Shown: positions 14,271-23,800 of the stretch, piece by piece
Layout of the letters: each line of letters begins with the position of its first letter
Position numbering within the stretch: position 1 is the stretch's first letter
DNA from: a virus
Taxonomy: Duplodnaviria; Caudoviricetes
IMG/VR virus record: IMGVR_UViG_3300042465_004193
Span: 1 to 25,040 of that record
Length of the DNA stretch: 25,040 bases
Strand: one strand, 5' to 3'
Position numbers and translations under genes: made by a program
The notes under the pieces: generated by a model
Database searches by the model: none
The model's input: the letters and a program-made list of their open reading frames with translations, nothing else
Told to the model about the DNA's origin: nothing

Positions 14271-16693
14271 TGACACATAATATAACAATCTTCCAAAATA
14301 TCAGGGACACGGACACTCCGTTCTATCGTGACGTGCATATAATCCTTGAAAGAATAAAGAATGGAGCAACAAAGGAGTTAGTAAAGAAGATTCGTTTAGA
14401 GAAAAGAAAACCTGAGCGAAATGAATTGAAGAAACAATTGCCCGCGATATGCTTTAGCGGAGAGTTCAATAAGAGAGCCGACAGCGCATTAATTGTTCAT
14501 AGTGGACTCATATGCTTAGACTTTGACGGATACGTTAAACAGAAGGAGCTATTGCAGGATAAGGAGAACCTATCAAAGAACAAGTATGTGTTCTCGGTAT
14601 TTATATCTCCATCAGGTAACGGACTTAAAGTTTTAGTAAAGATTCCCGCAGACGCAGAGAACCACGTAAACTATTTTAATTCCCTTGAGAAGTATTTAAA
14701 TTCACCATACTTTGACAAGACAAGTAAAAACATTTCAAGAGTATGCTACGAGTCTTACGACCCGCTGTTGCACATCAACGAAAATTCGTCAATTTGGGAC
14801 AGCATCGAGGAGGCAGAGTATACCGAAGTAAGTAAGTACAAAGACAAGCCAACCATACCAATCACGGACGAGAACAAGATAGTGGAAATACTTGTGAAGT
14901 GGTGGACATCAAAATACCCAATGGCTGAGGGACAAAGAAACCATAACGCATTCATACTTGCAATGGCGTTCAATGATTTTGGAGTAAACAAAAGTCTTGC
15001 ATCGTACGTACTAAACCAATACGCAACACAAGACTTTACCATATCAGAGATTCAAAGGACAATAGATTCGGCATACGTGCACACTACAAACTTTGGTACG
15101 AAGTATTACGAGGACGAGGAGAAGGTAAATCAAATCAAAGCAAAACTTAGAAGAGGTGTTTCAAAAAAAGAGATTCGCTATCAGTTACAAGATTCCCATT
15201 TGGATAGCGAGATTATAGAGGCTGTACTGAATAAGGTTGAGGAGGAGAATGAGAAGCAAACTTTTTGGAACAAGAACGATAAGGGAGTCATCAAGATAAT
15301 TCATATTCTATTCAAGCAGTTCTTGGAGGATTCAGGATTCTATAAATATTGCCCTGAAGGTGGTAAGAATTATGTATTTGTAAAAGTAACCAATAACCTG
15401 ATAGACCATACATCAGAGAAAGAGATTAAAGATTTCGTGCTTGCGCACCTATTTGAGTTGGACGACATCAGCGTTTACAATTACTTTGCGGACAACACGA
15501 GGTTCTTTAAGGAAGAGTTTTTATCTATGCTTTCAACAATAGATATTTATTTTATTGAAGATACGAAAGACTCTGCGTACCTTTACTACAAGAATTGTGC
15601 GGTTAAGATTACAAAGAGAGAAATTATACCAATAGACTACTTGGACTTGGGCGGTTACGTTTGGAAAGACCACGTAATTGATAGGAATTTTAATATTTGT
15701 GATGTTACGGATAGATGCGATTACAAGAAGTTTGTATCAAACATTTGTGGTAACGATGAGGCAAGGACAAGTTCAACGGAGAGTACAATAGGATTCCTAC
15801 TGCACGCTCACAAGAATTTATCATTCTGCCCCGCAGTAATTTTAAATGACGAGGTTATAAGTGATAACCCCGAAGGTGGTACAGGGAAGGGATTGTTTAT
15901 GAATGCGCTTAGTTGTATGAAGAAGTTAGTCGTTATAGATGGGAAGTCGTTTACATTCGAGAGGTCGTTTGCCTATCAGTTGGTGTCAGCAGATACGCAG
16001 ATACTATGTTTCGATGACGTGAAGAGATACTTTGACTTTGAAAGATTATTCTCAGTTGTAACTGAGGGGCTAACGCTTGAGAAGAAGAACAAGGATGCGA
16101 TTAAGATTCCATTCAGTAAGTCTCCTAAGATAGCTATCACAACAAACTACGCTATCAAGGGTTCAGGTAATTCATTCGCAAGAAGGAAGTGGGAGATTGA
16201 ATTGCATCAGCACTATAACAAGACCCACACTCCGCTTGATGAGTTTGGTAAGTTAATGTTTGGAGATTGGAATGATGACGATTGGTGCGAGTTTGATAAT
16301 TATATGATTGGTTGCCTGCAAGGATTTTTAAATACGGGATTAGTTAAATCTAAATTTGTAAACTTAAAGATTCGTCAGCTGTCAGCAGAAACGTGTCACG
16401 ACTTTATCGAGTGGTGTGGATTGATTGATGGTCAAGAGACATACAGACATCTTGAGTCAGAGAGAAGATTGTACAAGCAAGACTTGTATCAAGACTTTAT
16501 CAATGAGTATCCTGACTACGGACCAAAGGCAAAGATGACAATCAGCAGAACAAGATTCTATAAGTGGTTAATTGCTTACGGAATATTTAAAGAAGGCATA
16601 ATGCCCGAAGAGGGAAGAGACCAACAAGGGCGTTGGATAATAATTAAAAAGAAACAAGATTCAGTTAATCAAAATATTTTAAACAATGAGTAA
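14270..16693 (+). CDS. primase-helicase (VirE-N/BT4734-like primase domain, PriCT, P-loop helicase)
   Basis: KKQLPAICFSG, SGLICLDFD, FISPSGNGLK, DKTSKNISR.CY.SYDP; GQRN (PriCT); Walker A GGTGKG, Walker B LCFDD, ITTN. Confidence 0.88.
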   Translation: MTHNITIFQNIRDTDTPFYRDVHIILERIKNGATKELVKKIRLEKRKPERNELKKQLPAICFSGEFNKRADSALIVHSGLICLDFDGYVKQKELLQDKENLSKNKYVFSVFISPSGNGLKVLVKIPADAENHVNYFNSLEKYLNSPYFDKTSKNISRVCYESYDPLLHINENSSIWDSIEEAEYTEVSKYKDKPTIPITDENKIVEILVKWWTSKYPMAEGQRNHNAFILAMAFNDFGVNKSLASYVLNQYATQDFTISEIQRTIDSAYVHTTNFGTKYYEDEEKVNQIKAKLRRGVSKKEIRYQLQDSHLDSEIIEAVLNKVEEENEKQTFWNKNDKGVIKIIHILFKQFLEDSGFYKYCPEGGKNYVFVKVTNNLIDHTSEKEIKDFVLAHLFELDDISVYNYFADNTRFFKEEFLSMLSTIDIYFIEDTKDSAYLYYKNCAVKITKREIIPIDYLDLGGYVWKDHVIDRNFNICDVTDRCDYKKFVSNICGNDEARTSSTESTIGFLLHAHKNLSFCPAVILNDEVISDNPEGGTGKGLFMNALSCMKKLVVIDGKSFTFERSFAYQLVSADTQILCFDDVKRYFDFERLFSVVTEGLTLEKKNKDAIKIPFSKSPKIAITTNYAIKGSGNSFARRKWEIELHQHYNKTHTPLDEFGKLMFGDWNDDDWCEFDNYMIGCLQGFLNTGLVKSKFVNLKIRQLSAETCHDFIEWCGLIDGQETYRHLESERRLYKQDLYQDFINEYPDYGPKAKMTISRTRFYKWLIAYGIFKEGIMPEEGRDQQGRWIIIKKKQDSVNQNILNNE

Positions 16694-16970
16694 CGATTAC
16701 GATTACATAAACCCTTCCCACTACAAGGTTGGTGGGAAGGAAGTCTACGAGATGATGATAGACATTTGGGGTAAAGAAAAATACATTTCTTATTGCGAGA
16801 TGAATGCGTTCAAGTATCGTATGAGATTGGGGCATAAGCCCAACCAACCCGTCGATAGAGATTTAAGCAAGGCGAGATGGTACGAAGAGATGGCATCAAA
16901 TTTGAAAAGTGAATTAGATAAGCAAGAGAAAATTAAAAATAATTTTGGACCAATAATAAATAGACTATGA
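16686..16970 (+). CDS. DUF3310 family protein (T7 gp1.7 / SaV-like)
   Basis: INPSHY, NAFKY..R.G.K, DL.KA.WY. Confidence 0.85.
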   Translation: MSNDYDYINPSHYKVGGKEVYEMMIDIWGKEKYISYCEMNAFKYRMRLGHKPNQPVDRDLSKARWYEEMASNLKSELDKQEKIKNNFGPIINRL

Positions 16971-17137
16971 GAACAGGAGTTGAATTATTAAGAGAGATAG
17001 TTGAAACTAAGGCTAACGAGTTAGACGCAGATTTCAACCAATACCAAGCGGGTGCTAAGAATGCATTAGTAGAGGTATTAGAAATTATTAATGAGTTATT
17101 TTTTATAGAAGTTAAACAAGAAACAGAAAAGTTATGA
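16967..17137 (+). CDS. small hypothetical protein (56 aa, MRTGVELLREIVE...)
   Basis: ATGA overlaps at both ends. Confidence 0.7.
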   Translation: MRTGVELLREIVETKANELDADFNQYQAGAKNALVEVLEIINELFFIEVKQETEKL

Positions 17138-17505
17138 GCGTAATATTTATAATACTCGCAGCGTTTTGCAACGCGGTAATGGATGTGCTATCAACGAGAT
17201 ACTACATTTCAATTTTTAGTATTCCAAAGAACCGCCAGTTCTGGGATTGGAATATGTCGTGGAGAAATAAATGGCAGTGGGGCGAAAAAGCAAACGGAGA
17301 GAGATTTTTATTCTCAAGTACGATGCTATCGTTCCTTACGGACGGATGGCATTTGGCTAAGGCTATTATGTTAATGTTCATTTCATTTGCAATTATTTTT
17401 TACAAGCCGATGTTAGGCGTGTTGGATGTATTTATATTTTCAATTGCGTGGGGATTAACATTTGAGTTTTGTTATAACAAATTATTAATTAAAAAAATAA
17501 GATGA
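17134..17505 (+). CDS. membrane protein
   Basis: hydrophobic helices; SWRNKW and TDGWHLAK motifs. Confidence 0.75.
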   Translation: MSVIFIILAAFCNAVMDVLSTRYYISIFSIPKNRQFWDWNMSWRNKWQWGEKANGERFLFSSTMLSFLTDGWHLAKAIMLMFISFAIIFYKPMLGVLDVFIFSIAWGLTFEFCYNKLLIKKIR

Positions 17506-17843
17506 CAGACGAACAATACATTCACGTTGCTATGTTAAATTCATTTAATGTAGTTACGGGTAAGATTTCAATAGAGGACTTATTGTATTCAGGTTTGAAT
17601 ATGGTGGTTCACTTGCCAAGTGAAGATATAGAGGAAGACAAGCTATTGATTATGATTTCATACTTTGAACAAGAGGAGATGTATGAGGAGTGTATTGAGT
17701 TGCGTAAAATATATGACGAAAAATTTTCGGAGATAACTATTCCAAAGCCCGTTGTAAAAAATATATGCGATTGTAAGAAACCAACAATAACAAAATATAG
17801 CAGAAGTGTAAGATGTGGAACGTGTAACAAACAAATAATCTAA
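17502..17843 (+). CDS. hypothetical protein with C-terminal Cys pairs (possible Zn finger)
   Basis: CDC...CGTC. Confidence 0.7.
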   Translation: MTDEQYIHVAMLNSFNVVTGKISIEDLLYSGLNMVVHLPSEDIEEDKLLIMISYFEQEEMYEECIELRKIYDEKFSEITIPKPVVKNICDCKKPTITKYSRSVRCGTCNKQII

Positions 17844-19261
17844 TGGACATACTCGAAAGAATACCATCATACTCAGATGAGATGATGTGGAAATATTGTG
17901 AGTCACTAAAAAATATTGTTCTCACAAAGAAACCAAATAAAGACGCATTAAAATACTATACACCAAAAGAAATAATTGATAGAGTTGTTTTGAGTTGTGA
18001 TTACTATAAAAATAATATGACAGGTTCAGATAAGTTTAAACTACGAGATTACCAAGAGAACATTATTCAGTGGGGCTCAGAGATTCTATCTGCAAAAGGA
18101 TTCGTGTATCTTACTATGGAGGTTAGAACGGGTAAGACGCTAACAAGTTTAGGTATAGCAAAGGCTATAGGTGCCGAGAATGTTTTATTTATCACAAAGA
18201 AGAAAGCAATTGACTCTATTGAACGTGATTACAATCTAATGAATGGTACGTTCAATTTAAAAGTAATTAATTACGAGAGCCTACACCTTGTAGCCAACGA
18301 ATGTAAGTGGGATTTAATCGTATGCGACGAAGCGCATTCAATGGGGGCTTTCCCAAAGCCAAGCAATCGTGCTTCGTTGGTGAAGTCGGTGATTCAAAAA
18401 TACAAAAGCAAAGTAATTTTATTGTCAGGCACACCAACACCTGAGTCATTCTCTCAGATGTATCATCAAGTGTATGGTATTCCTAATAACCCGTTCAGCG
18501 AGTTTGTAAACTTTTATAAGTTTTGCGCCAAGCACGTTAAGATAAAGCAGAAAAAAATTGGCAGTATGTTCATTAATGATTACAGCGAAGGCTTACCAAG
18601 CATTCTCGATGTGATGAGACCATACACCATAAACTACACGCAGGCTGACGCAGGATTTAAAGTTGTAACGACAGAGAATGTTTTACAAGTAGAGTTGAAG
18701 CAGTCTACGTATGAGCTGATTAAAAGACTTAAAAAAGATTTAGTGATAGAGGGTAAGGAGGAGTTGATATTAGCTGACACAGCAGTGAAGTTAATGAGCA
18801 AGCTACACCAATTATATTCAGGGACGGTAAAGTTTGAGAGTGGTAAATCTATGGTAATAGATAACACCAAGGCAGAGTTTATCAATTCACATTTCAAAGG
18901 CAAGAAGATTGGTATCTTCTATAAGTTTAAAGAGGAATTGAATGCGCTTAAGGATGCGTTTGGTGATGAGCTAACAACAGAGCTTAGTGTCTTTGAAGAC
19001 ACAGACAAAAGTATAGCACTACAAATTGTATCAGGCAGAGAAGGAATTTCTTTAAGGCAAGCATCGTGCCTTGTTTATTACAACATTGACTTTAGCGCAA
19101 CAAGCTACTGGCAGAGTAAAGACCGAATGACCACCAAAGAACGTCTTGAGAATGACGTGTATTGGGTCTTCGCCAAGGATGGTATTGAATATGACATCTA
19201 CAAAGCAGTAACAAAGAAAAAAGATTATACAGTTTCACATTTTAAAAAATTATTATTATGA
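17843..19261 (+). CDS. superfamily 2 helicase (phage SNF2/ResIII-like)
   Basis: LRDYQ, RTGKT, INYESL, CDEAH, LSGTP, GREGISL, QSKDR. Confidence 0.9.
   Translation: MDILERIPSYSDEMMWKYCESLKNIVLTKKPNKDALKYYTPKEIIDRVVLSCDYYKNNMTGSDKFKLRDYQENIIQWGSEILSAKGFVYLTMEVRTGKTLTSLGIAKAIGAENVLFITKKKAIDSIERDYNLMNGTFNLKVINYESLHLVANECKWDLIVCDEAHSMGAFPKPSNRASLVKSVIQKYKSKVILLSGTPTPESFSQMYHQVYGIPNNPFSEFVNFYKFCAKHVKIKQKKIGSMFINDYSEGLPSILDVMRPYTINYTQADAGFKVVTTENVLQVELKQSTYELIKRLKKDLVIEGKEELILADTAVKLMSKLHQLYSGTVKFESGKSMVIDNTKAEFINSHFKGKKIGIFYKFKEELNALKDAFGDELTTELSVFEDTDKSIALQIVSGREGISLRQASCLVYYNIDFSATSYWQSKDRMTTKERLENDVYWVFAKDGIEYDIYKAVTKKKDYTVSHFKKLLL
18987..19002. repeat. 16-bp palindrome copy 6 GTGTCTTTGAAGACAC, inside the helicase CDS
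   Basis: identical to copy 1. Confidence 0.9.
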
Positions 19262-19476
19262 CAAGTTTGACAGATTACTTGTTCCATTACAATGAGCACA
19301 CCGACTTATGGAACGCATTCACAAGAGAGGACAGCACTACTTACTTTAATGACATCAAAAAATGTAAGTCATTACTTGCAAGTGAGAACCTTAAAGTGTT
19401 AGTTGATTATATTGCTACCGAGAAACATATTTATGACAGAGCAACAGATACAAACAAGAAGAATAAAAGAGCTTGA
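19258..19476 (+). CDS. hypothetical protein
   Basis: 72 aa; ATGA overlap with the helicase. Confidence 0.65.
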   Translation: MTSLTDYLFHYNEHTDLWNAFTREDSTTYFNDIKKCKSLLASENLKVLVDYIATEKHIYDRATDTNKKNKRA

Positions 19477-19672
19477 GGAGCAGGGGTACTACGTTATTAA
19501 ATTAATGAAGACCAATAAGAATGGTATACCTGACTTGATAGCAATACCACGTGACTCAGACGTACTCTTCAGCGAAGTAAAGAAGCCTGATGGGAAGTTG
19601 TCAAAGCTACAGGAGTACAGAATAAAAGAATTAGAATCATACGGGATAAAAGTAGAAGTGTTTAAAGGATAA
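19433..19672 (+). CDS. VRR-NUC domain nuclease
   Basis: MTEQQIQ, GIPDL, F.EVK..DGKLSKLQ. Confidence 0.9.
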   Translation: MTEQQIQTRRIKELEEQGYYVIKLMKTNKNGIPDLIAIPRDSDVLFSEVKKPDGKLSKLQEYRIKELESYGIKVEVFKG

Positions 19673-19682
19673 ATTAAATTAA

Positions 19683-20207
19683 ATGGAAAAGATTTTAGAT
19701 GTAAATGTAGATTTAGAGATAGTAACAAAAATTATTAGAGATAAATTTAATGTAGAAATTTTTGATAAGAAAAGAAATAAAGAAATTGTAGAGGGTAGAT
19801 TGATTTGCGCTAAGTTGCTTCATTCAGCAGGCTATACCTATGCCTCTATTGGTAAAGCAATGAAGAGAGACCACAGCTCAATTATATATTATGTAAAGAC
19901 TTTAGATAATTTAGTTATACAACCAAATGAGTTGAGGTATAAATACCACCAATGCAAGGATATATATTTTAAAGAGAGTAATGACTTATTAGATAAAATA
20001 AATAGAACACATTACGCAGACGAAGTCCTTTTGCTAAGAAAGCAGTTGCATAACTTATCAAACAACGTGCACAGATTGTCATCATTTTACGATAAGTACA
20101 AAAGACTTGAAGATATTGTATTGTTGGTAAACGAAAGAACTGAGTTTGGTAAAGAAGATGAAGTAAGAAAAAGAATAATGAGAATGTTCAATACTATAGA
20201 AAAATGA
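19683..20207 (+). CDS. DnaA domain IV-like HTH protein with a C-terminal coiled region
   Basis: KKRNKEIVEGR...YTYASIGKAMKRDHSSIIY. Confidence 0.8.
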   Translation: MEKILDVNVDLEIVTKIIRDKFNVEIFDKKRNKEIVEGRLICAKLLHSAGYTYASIGKAMKRDHSSIIYYVKTLDNLVIQPNELRYKYHQCKDIYFKESNDLLDKINRTHYADEVLLLRKQLHNLSNNVHRLSSFYDKYKRLEDIVLLVNERTEFGKEDEVRKRIMRMFNTIEK

Positions 20208-20208
20208 A

Positions 20209-20406
20209 ATGAGTATAGAAAACTTTAAAGAGGAGAACGACAGAGCGTTTAGAATCTTCTTCAGTATAGACAGCTGTCATAAGACGTTGACCGTTGTCTA
20301 CGAGAAATTAGTAGACAGAGAGTTTGATGCAGTAAAGAATGATATTAGAAGTATTATTACTGAACTGAAAGGAATTATTAAATCAGTTGATGATGACGAC
20401 TTTTAA
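20209..20406 (+). CDS. hypothetical protein
   Basis: 65-aa ORF in operon. Confidence 0.65.
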   Translation: MSIENFKEENDRAFRIFFSIDSCHKTLTVVYEKLVDREFDAVKNDIRSIITELKGIIKSVDDDDF

Positions 20407-20809
20407 AACAGATGAGGATAAAATAAGAGAACTTAAATCCGTAACAACATTTGTAAATATTTTTGGTGGTTCATTCAAAAGACTTGATGCTAATGACGTG
20501 AACTTTAAGATATTCGATAAGGATAAAAACTTAATTGCGTATGTTGAGGTTATACCAAGATTACGCTCAATGAGAATGGCTTACCCATTAATTGTTCCAG
20601 TAAAGAAAATGATTAAGCTGATTGATAAGCGACTAAACCCAACACTTATATGGTGTTGTGAGGATGGTATTATTTATGGTAGGATTGAGCATCTTAACGG
20701 AACTATAAGTTTTGATGGGCGCACCCCAAGTGCAGGTACGCCCAATAATTCAGAGTTGATGGCTTACTTTGATAAGCAGAAGTCTTTAAAGTATATACGC
20801 TTTACCTAA
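20390..20809 (+). CDS. hypothetical protein, possibly a degenerate PD-(D/E)XK fold
   Basis: E..D..RE...DVNF...AYVEV pattern lacking the canonical D and K residues. Confidence 0.55.
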   Translation: MMTTFKTDEDKIRELKSVTTFVNIFGGSFKRLDANDVNFKIFDKDKNLIAYVEVIPRLRSMRMAYPLIVPVKKMIKLIDKRLNPTLIWCCEDGIIYGRIEHLNGTISFDGRTPSAGTPNNSELMAYFDKQKSLKYIRFT

Positions 20810-23800
20810 GAACCAAATCTTTTAGTTTTACCCTTACCGCTTGCTCCAAACCTTTGAGTTTTCTTTGTTCCGCTTGCCCCAAATCTTTTTACGCTTCCGT
20901 CAGAGTTTCTACCTGTATAATTCATCTTCTCGTCCTTCATCTGTTGAACTTTCTTTCTAAGAAGACTCTCTACCTCTTTTTCTTCCTTGTGACTCTCATA
21001 CCAATCAGACCCCTCACCAAAATTTTGTTCCCACAAATCTTTATTGTATCTTTTTAGGTCTGACTCGCTGTCGTACTCCTCACCCGTATCAGGGTCTACC
21101 AATAACTTTTTCTTTGCTTGCTTTTCTTGAGCGTTCTCTTGCTTAATTGCTTTTTTCTCTTCGCTATCAGCATCTACCTCATCAATCTTTTCTCGTGCCT
21201 GTTTAATGATGGCTTCATCATTAGATTCCTCGATGATACTTTTAAGTGCGTTAATTTTTTCTTGCTTATTAGACTCTCTCTCCTCTTTATTTTCTTTAGC
21301 CTGAGCTTTCTCAGCAGTCGACTTTGTATTCTTCTTAGCATACTTAACAGCATTCTTAACCACCGTGTTTACCTCCGAAGGAGCAAGACCCATATTTGAT
21401 AACATTGCAAATGGCAATAAATATGTTATTTGTTCTTGTCTTTCACTTGAGATGGTGTGTTTCTTATTAAAGTCATCAGTGTACTCTCCTGTTGCCGCTA
21501 ACTTAGTCATATCATAAAGCTCCGTAGCTCTTTGCGCTGATATACCAAACGTCCCCAAGTTAGAGGTCCAATCAGATTTTCTTACACCAAAAGTAGATAC
21601 AGGTAAACCTGTTCCTTCTTCTAATAAAGTGGAAACTGTTTCTACTGCTGCTTGAATTGGTTTATCTACAATAGGAAGCGGAGATATAATATCCGTAATC
21701 GTACCAGTCCACTGACCCTTGATTATATCATTCATACGCTTATCTTTTTCTTCCTCGTCCTCATCTTCTCCCATTCCCATCTTAGTTAATGTACCTAATG
21801 TAATAGCGATACCTGCACTAATCATTTTAAATGTAGCTAACTCGACTCCAAAACCTGCAACAGATTTTGCTGCAATTTTTTTATCTTCTGCAGTTGCAGT
21901 CTTGTCGGATAATGTTGCAAGGTCCGCACCTAATCTTGCCGATTGATTCATTCTAAAACTTGCAAATGGCATTAACATTTTCACAAGAACTTGATTAGCC
22001 GATTCCTTACTTGCAAATAATTTACCTGATAAATCTACATCAGATATATTCTGCTGTCTGTCAACCATACGCTGAGCGTAGTTTGCCGCCTTCTCATTTA
22101 ACTCGTGAGTATTATAATCAATCCCCTTTGTATCTACTCCTTGCTCCTTTAAAGACTTTTCGTAATAAGTCATCCAAGATGCTCTTGCTATAAATACATC
22201 AGGGTTAACTAAAAATAATTCTAAGTATTCTTGATTTACTTTTTCAATAGTTTTTATTGTCTTATCAAAATTACCTTTAGATGCAATATCAATTAATTTA
22301 TTAAGAGATTCAATTTGGGCTTGAGATTCAACACCTCTATTTGCAATTCCGTAACCCGACTCGCTTATAAACTTTTGTTTAGCCGCATCAAATGCACCCA
22401 TCACATCTAAACTACCCGCATTAATTAATGTGTTTGTACCAACGGATACCGTCTGCTTGATAGGTTGCGTAACACCACCTAAAGCCTGACCTACACCAAA
22501 AGCTGCAAGTCTATTTAATCTTCTAACAGCCTTAGAGAATTGGTCGTCTGTATAAGGGTTTTTATTTCTAATGTTCCTTATATATAATTGTATCCTATCT
22601 TTTAATATTTTAGCATCGTCAGCTGTAGGTACAATCTTTTCAAAATCTTCTGAGTTTTCAAATGCCTCTATTTGTCTGATAGGTGCTGCAGTTTTTATAT
22701 CAACAAGAGCATCGTACATTGCATTTGAATTGTTCTTATCAAAAGATAGCTCAATATAAGATGTAGGCTTACCATTCTTTTTATTGGTAGGTAAAGTTTC
22801 AGGCTTAGTTGCCTTCATTAATACGCCTGTTTCTTTTTTATAGATTGTACCATTATTATTATGAAATGCAGATTCATCGTTTGCTAAATCAACTTCGCCT
22901 GTATCAGAACTTATCTTTGCAAATCTATCAGGGCTACTATAATTAATATCTTTTTCTAATATTTTATTATATATATTCTCAGATACGTCAGATAACTCTT
23001 GGTATATATTAGCCCACTCGTTCATCCAAAAATCAATAGCCTCTAAGTTAGTCTTGTCGGTTTTGTTTTTTATTTCTTGGATATTATTAGTATCTGCTAA
23101 AATCTTATCGTATGCCTTTTGATATAACTTACCCTTTTGTTTTTCTACGTCGTTACCTTTAGATAAAACTTCAATAGATTCTTCAAGTAAATTCTTTCTT
23201 CTGTTGAACTCACTTTTCATTTCCTGCTCAGTACCAATAACATTCCTCATCATAAATGAAGACATATTTCTTTCTACGTTATTATATTCGGTATTAAACG
23301 CCTCACCATTAGCTTTTTTGTTAAAGAACTGCTTTACGTAGTTATTAACAATAATATTTGATTTAGTTTGAGCATTAGATTTACCATTAATAAGATTGGT
23401 AACACCCATCATATCCTGTACCTCACCCGACCTATTAAACCCTTTGAACATTTTTTCAAATAGGATAGGGAGCGTTGTAGTTTGTTCTGCTAAGAATCTA
23501 CCAAATCCTTTTGAAAAATACTTCATTAAAGGTTGAGCCTTAATACCTGATTTCGCTAATTTACGCGCGTTTAATCTACCAGTATAGTCAGAAACAACCG
23601 TCTGCATTTTTGCAGTAGATTGGTTTTGAATAAAGTTAGCAAGAGCATCTACAGCTTGAAGAGATTCTTTAGGAGTAAGAATACTTAGGTCCATATCCAT
23701 AAATTGCTTTATTAAAGTTTTTTGGTTTTTAGTCAGCTCAACTTTTTCTCCTGTATAGAATGCATCGTAATTTGTCTTTAATATCTCATTTATTACTCCT

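Noticed and set aside
4199-19002. CRISPR array or REP/IS ends from the repeated 16-bp palindrome
   Set aside because: Copies are kilobases apart with no spacer periodicity; no cas or transposase genes present
1319-22759. Antisense and shadow ORFs in the track (e.g. 1571..1996, 4720..5031, 9697..9939, 14755..15042, 21118..21399)
   Set aside because: They overlap well-supported genes on the other strand or frame and have no motifs or leaders
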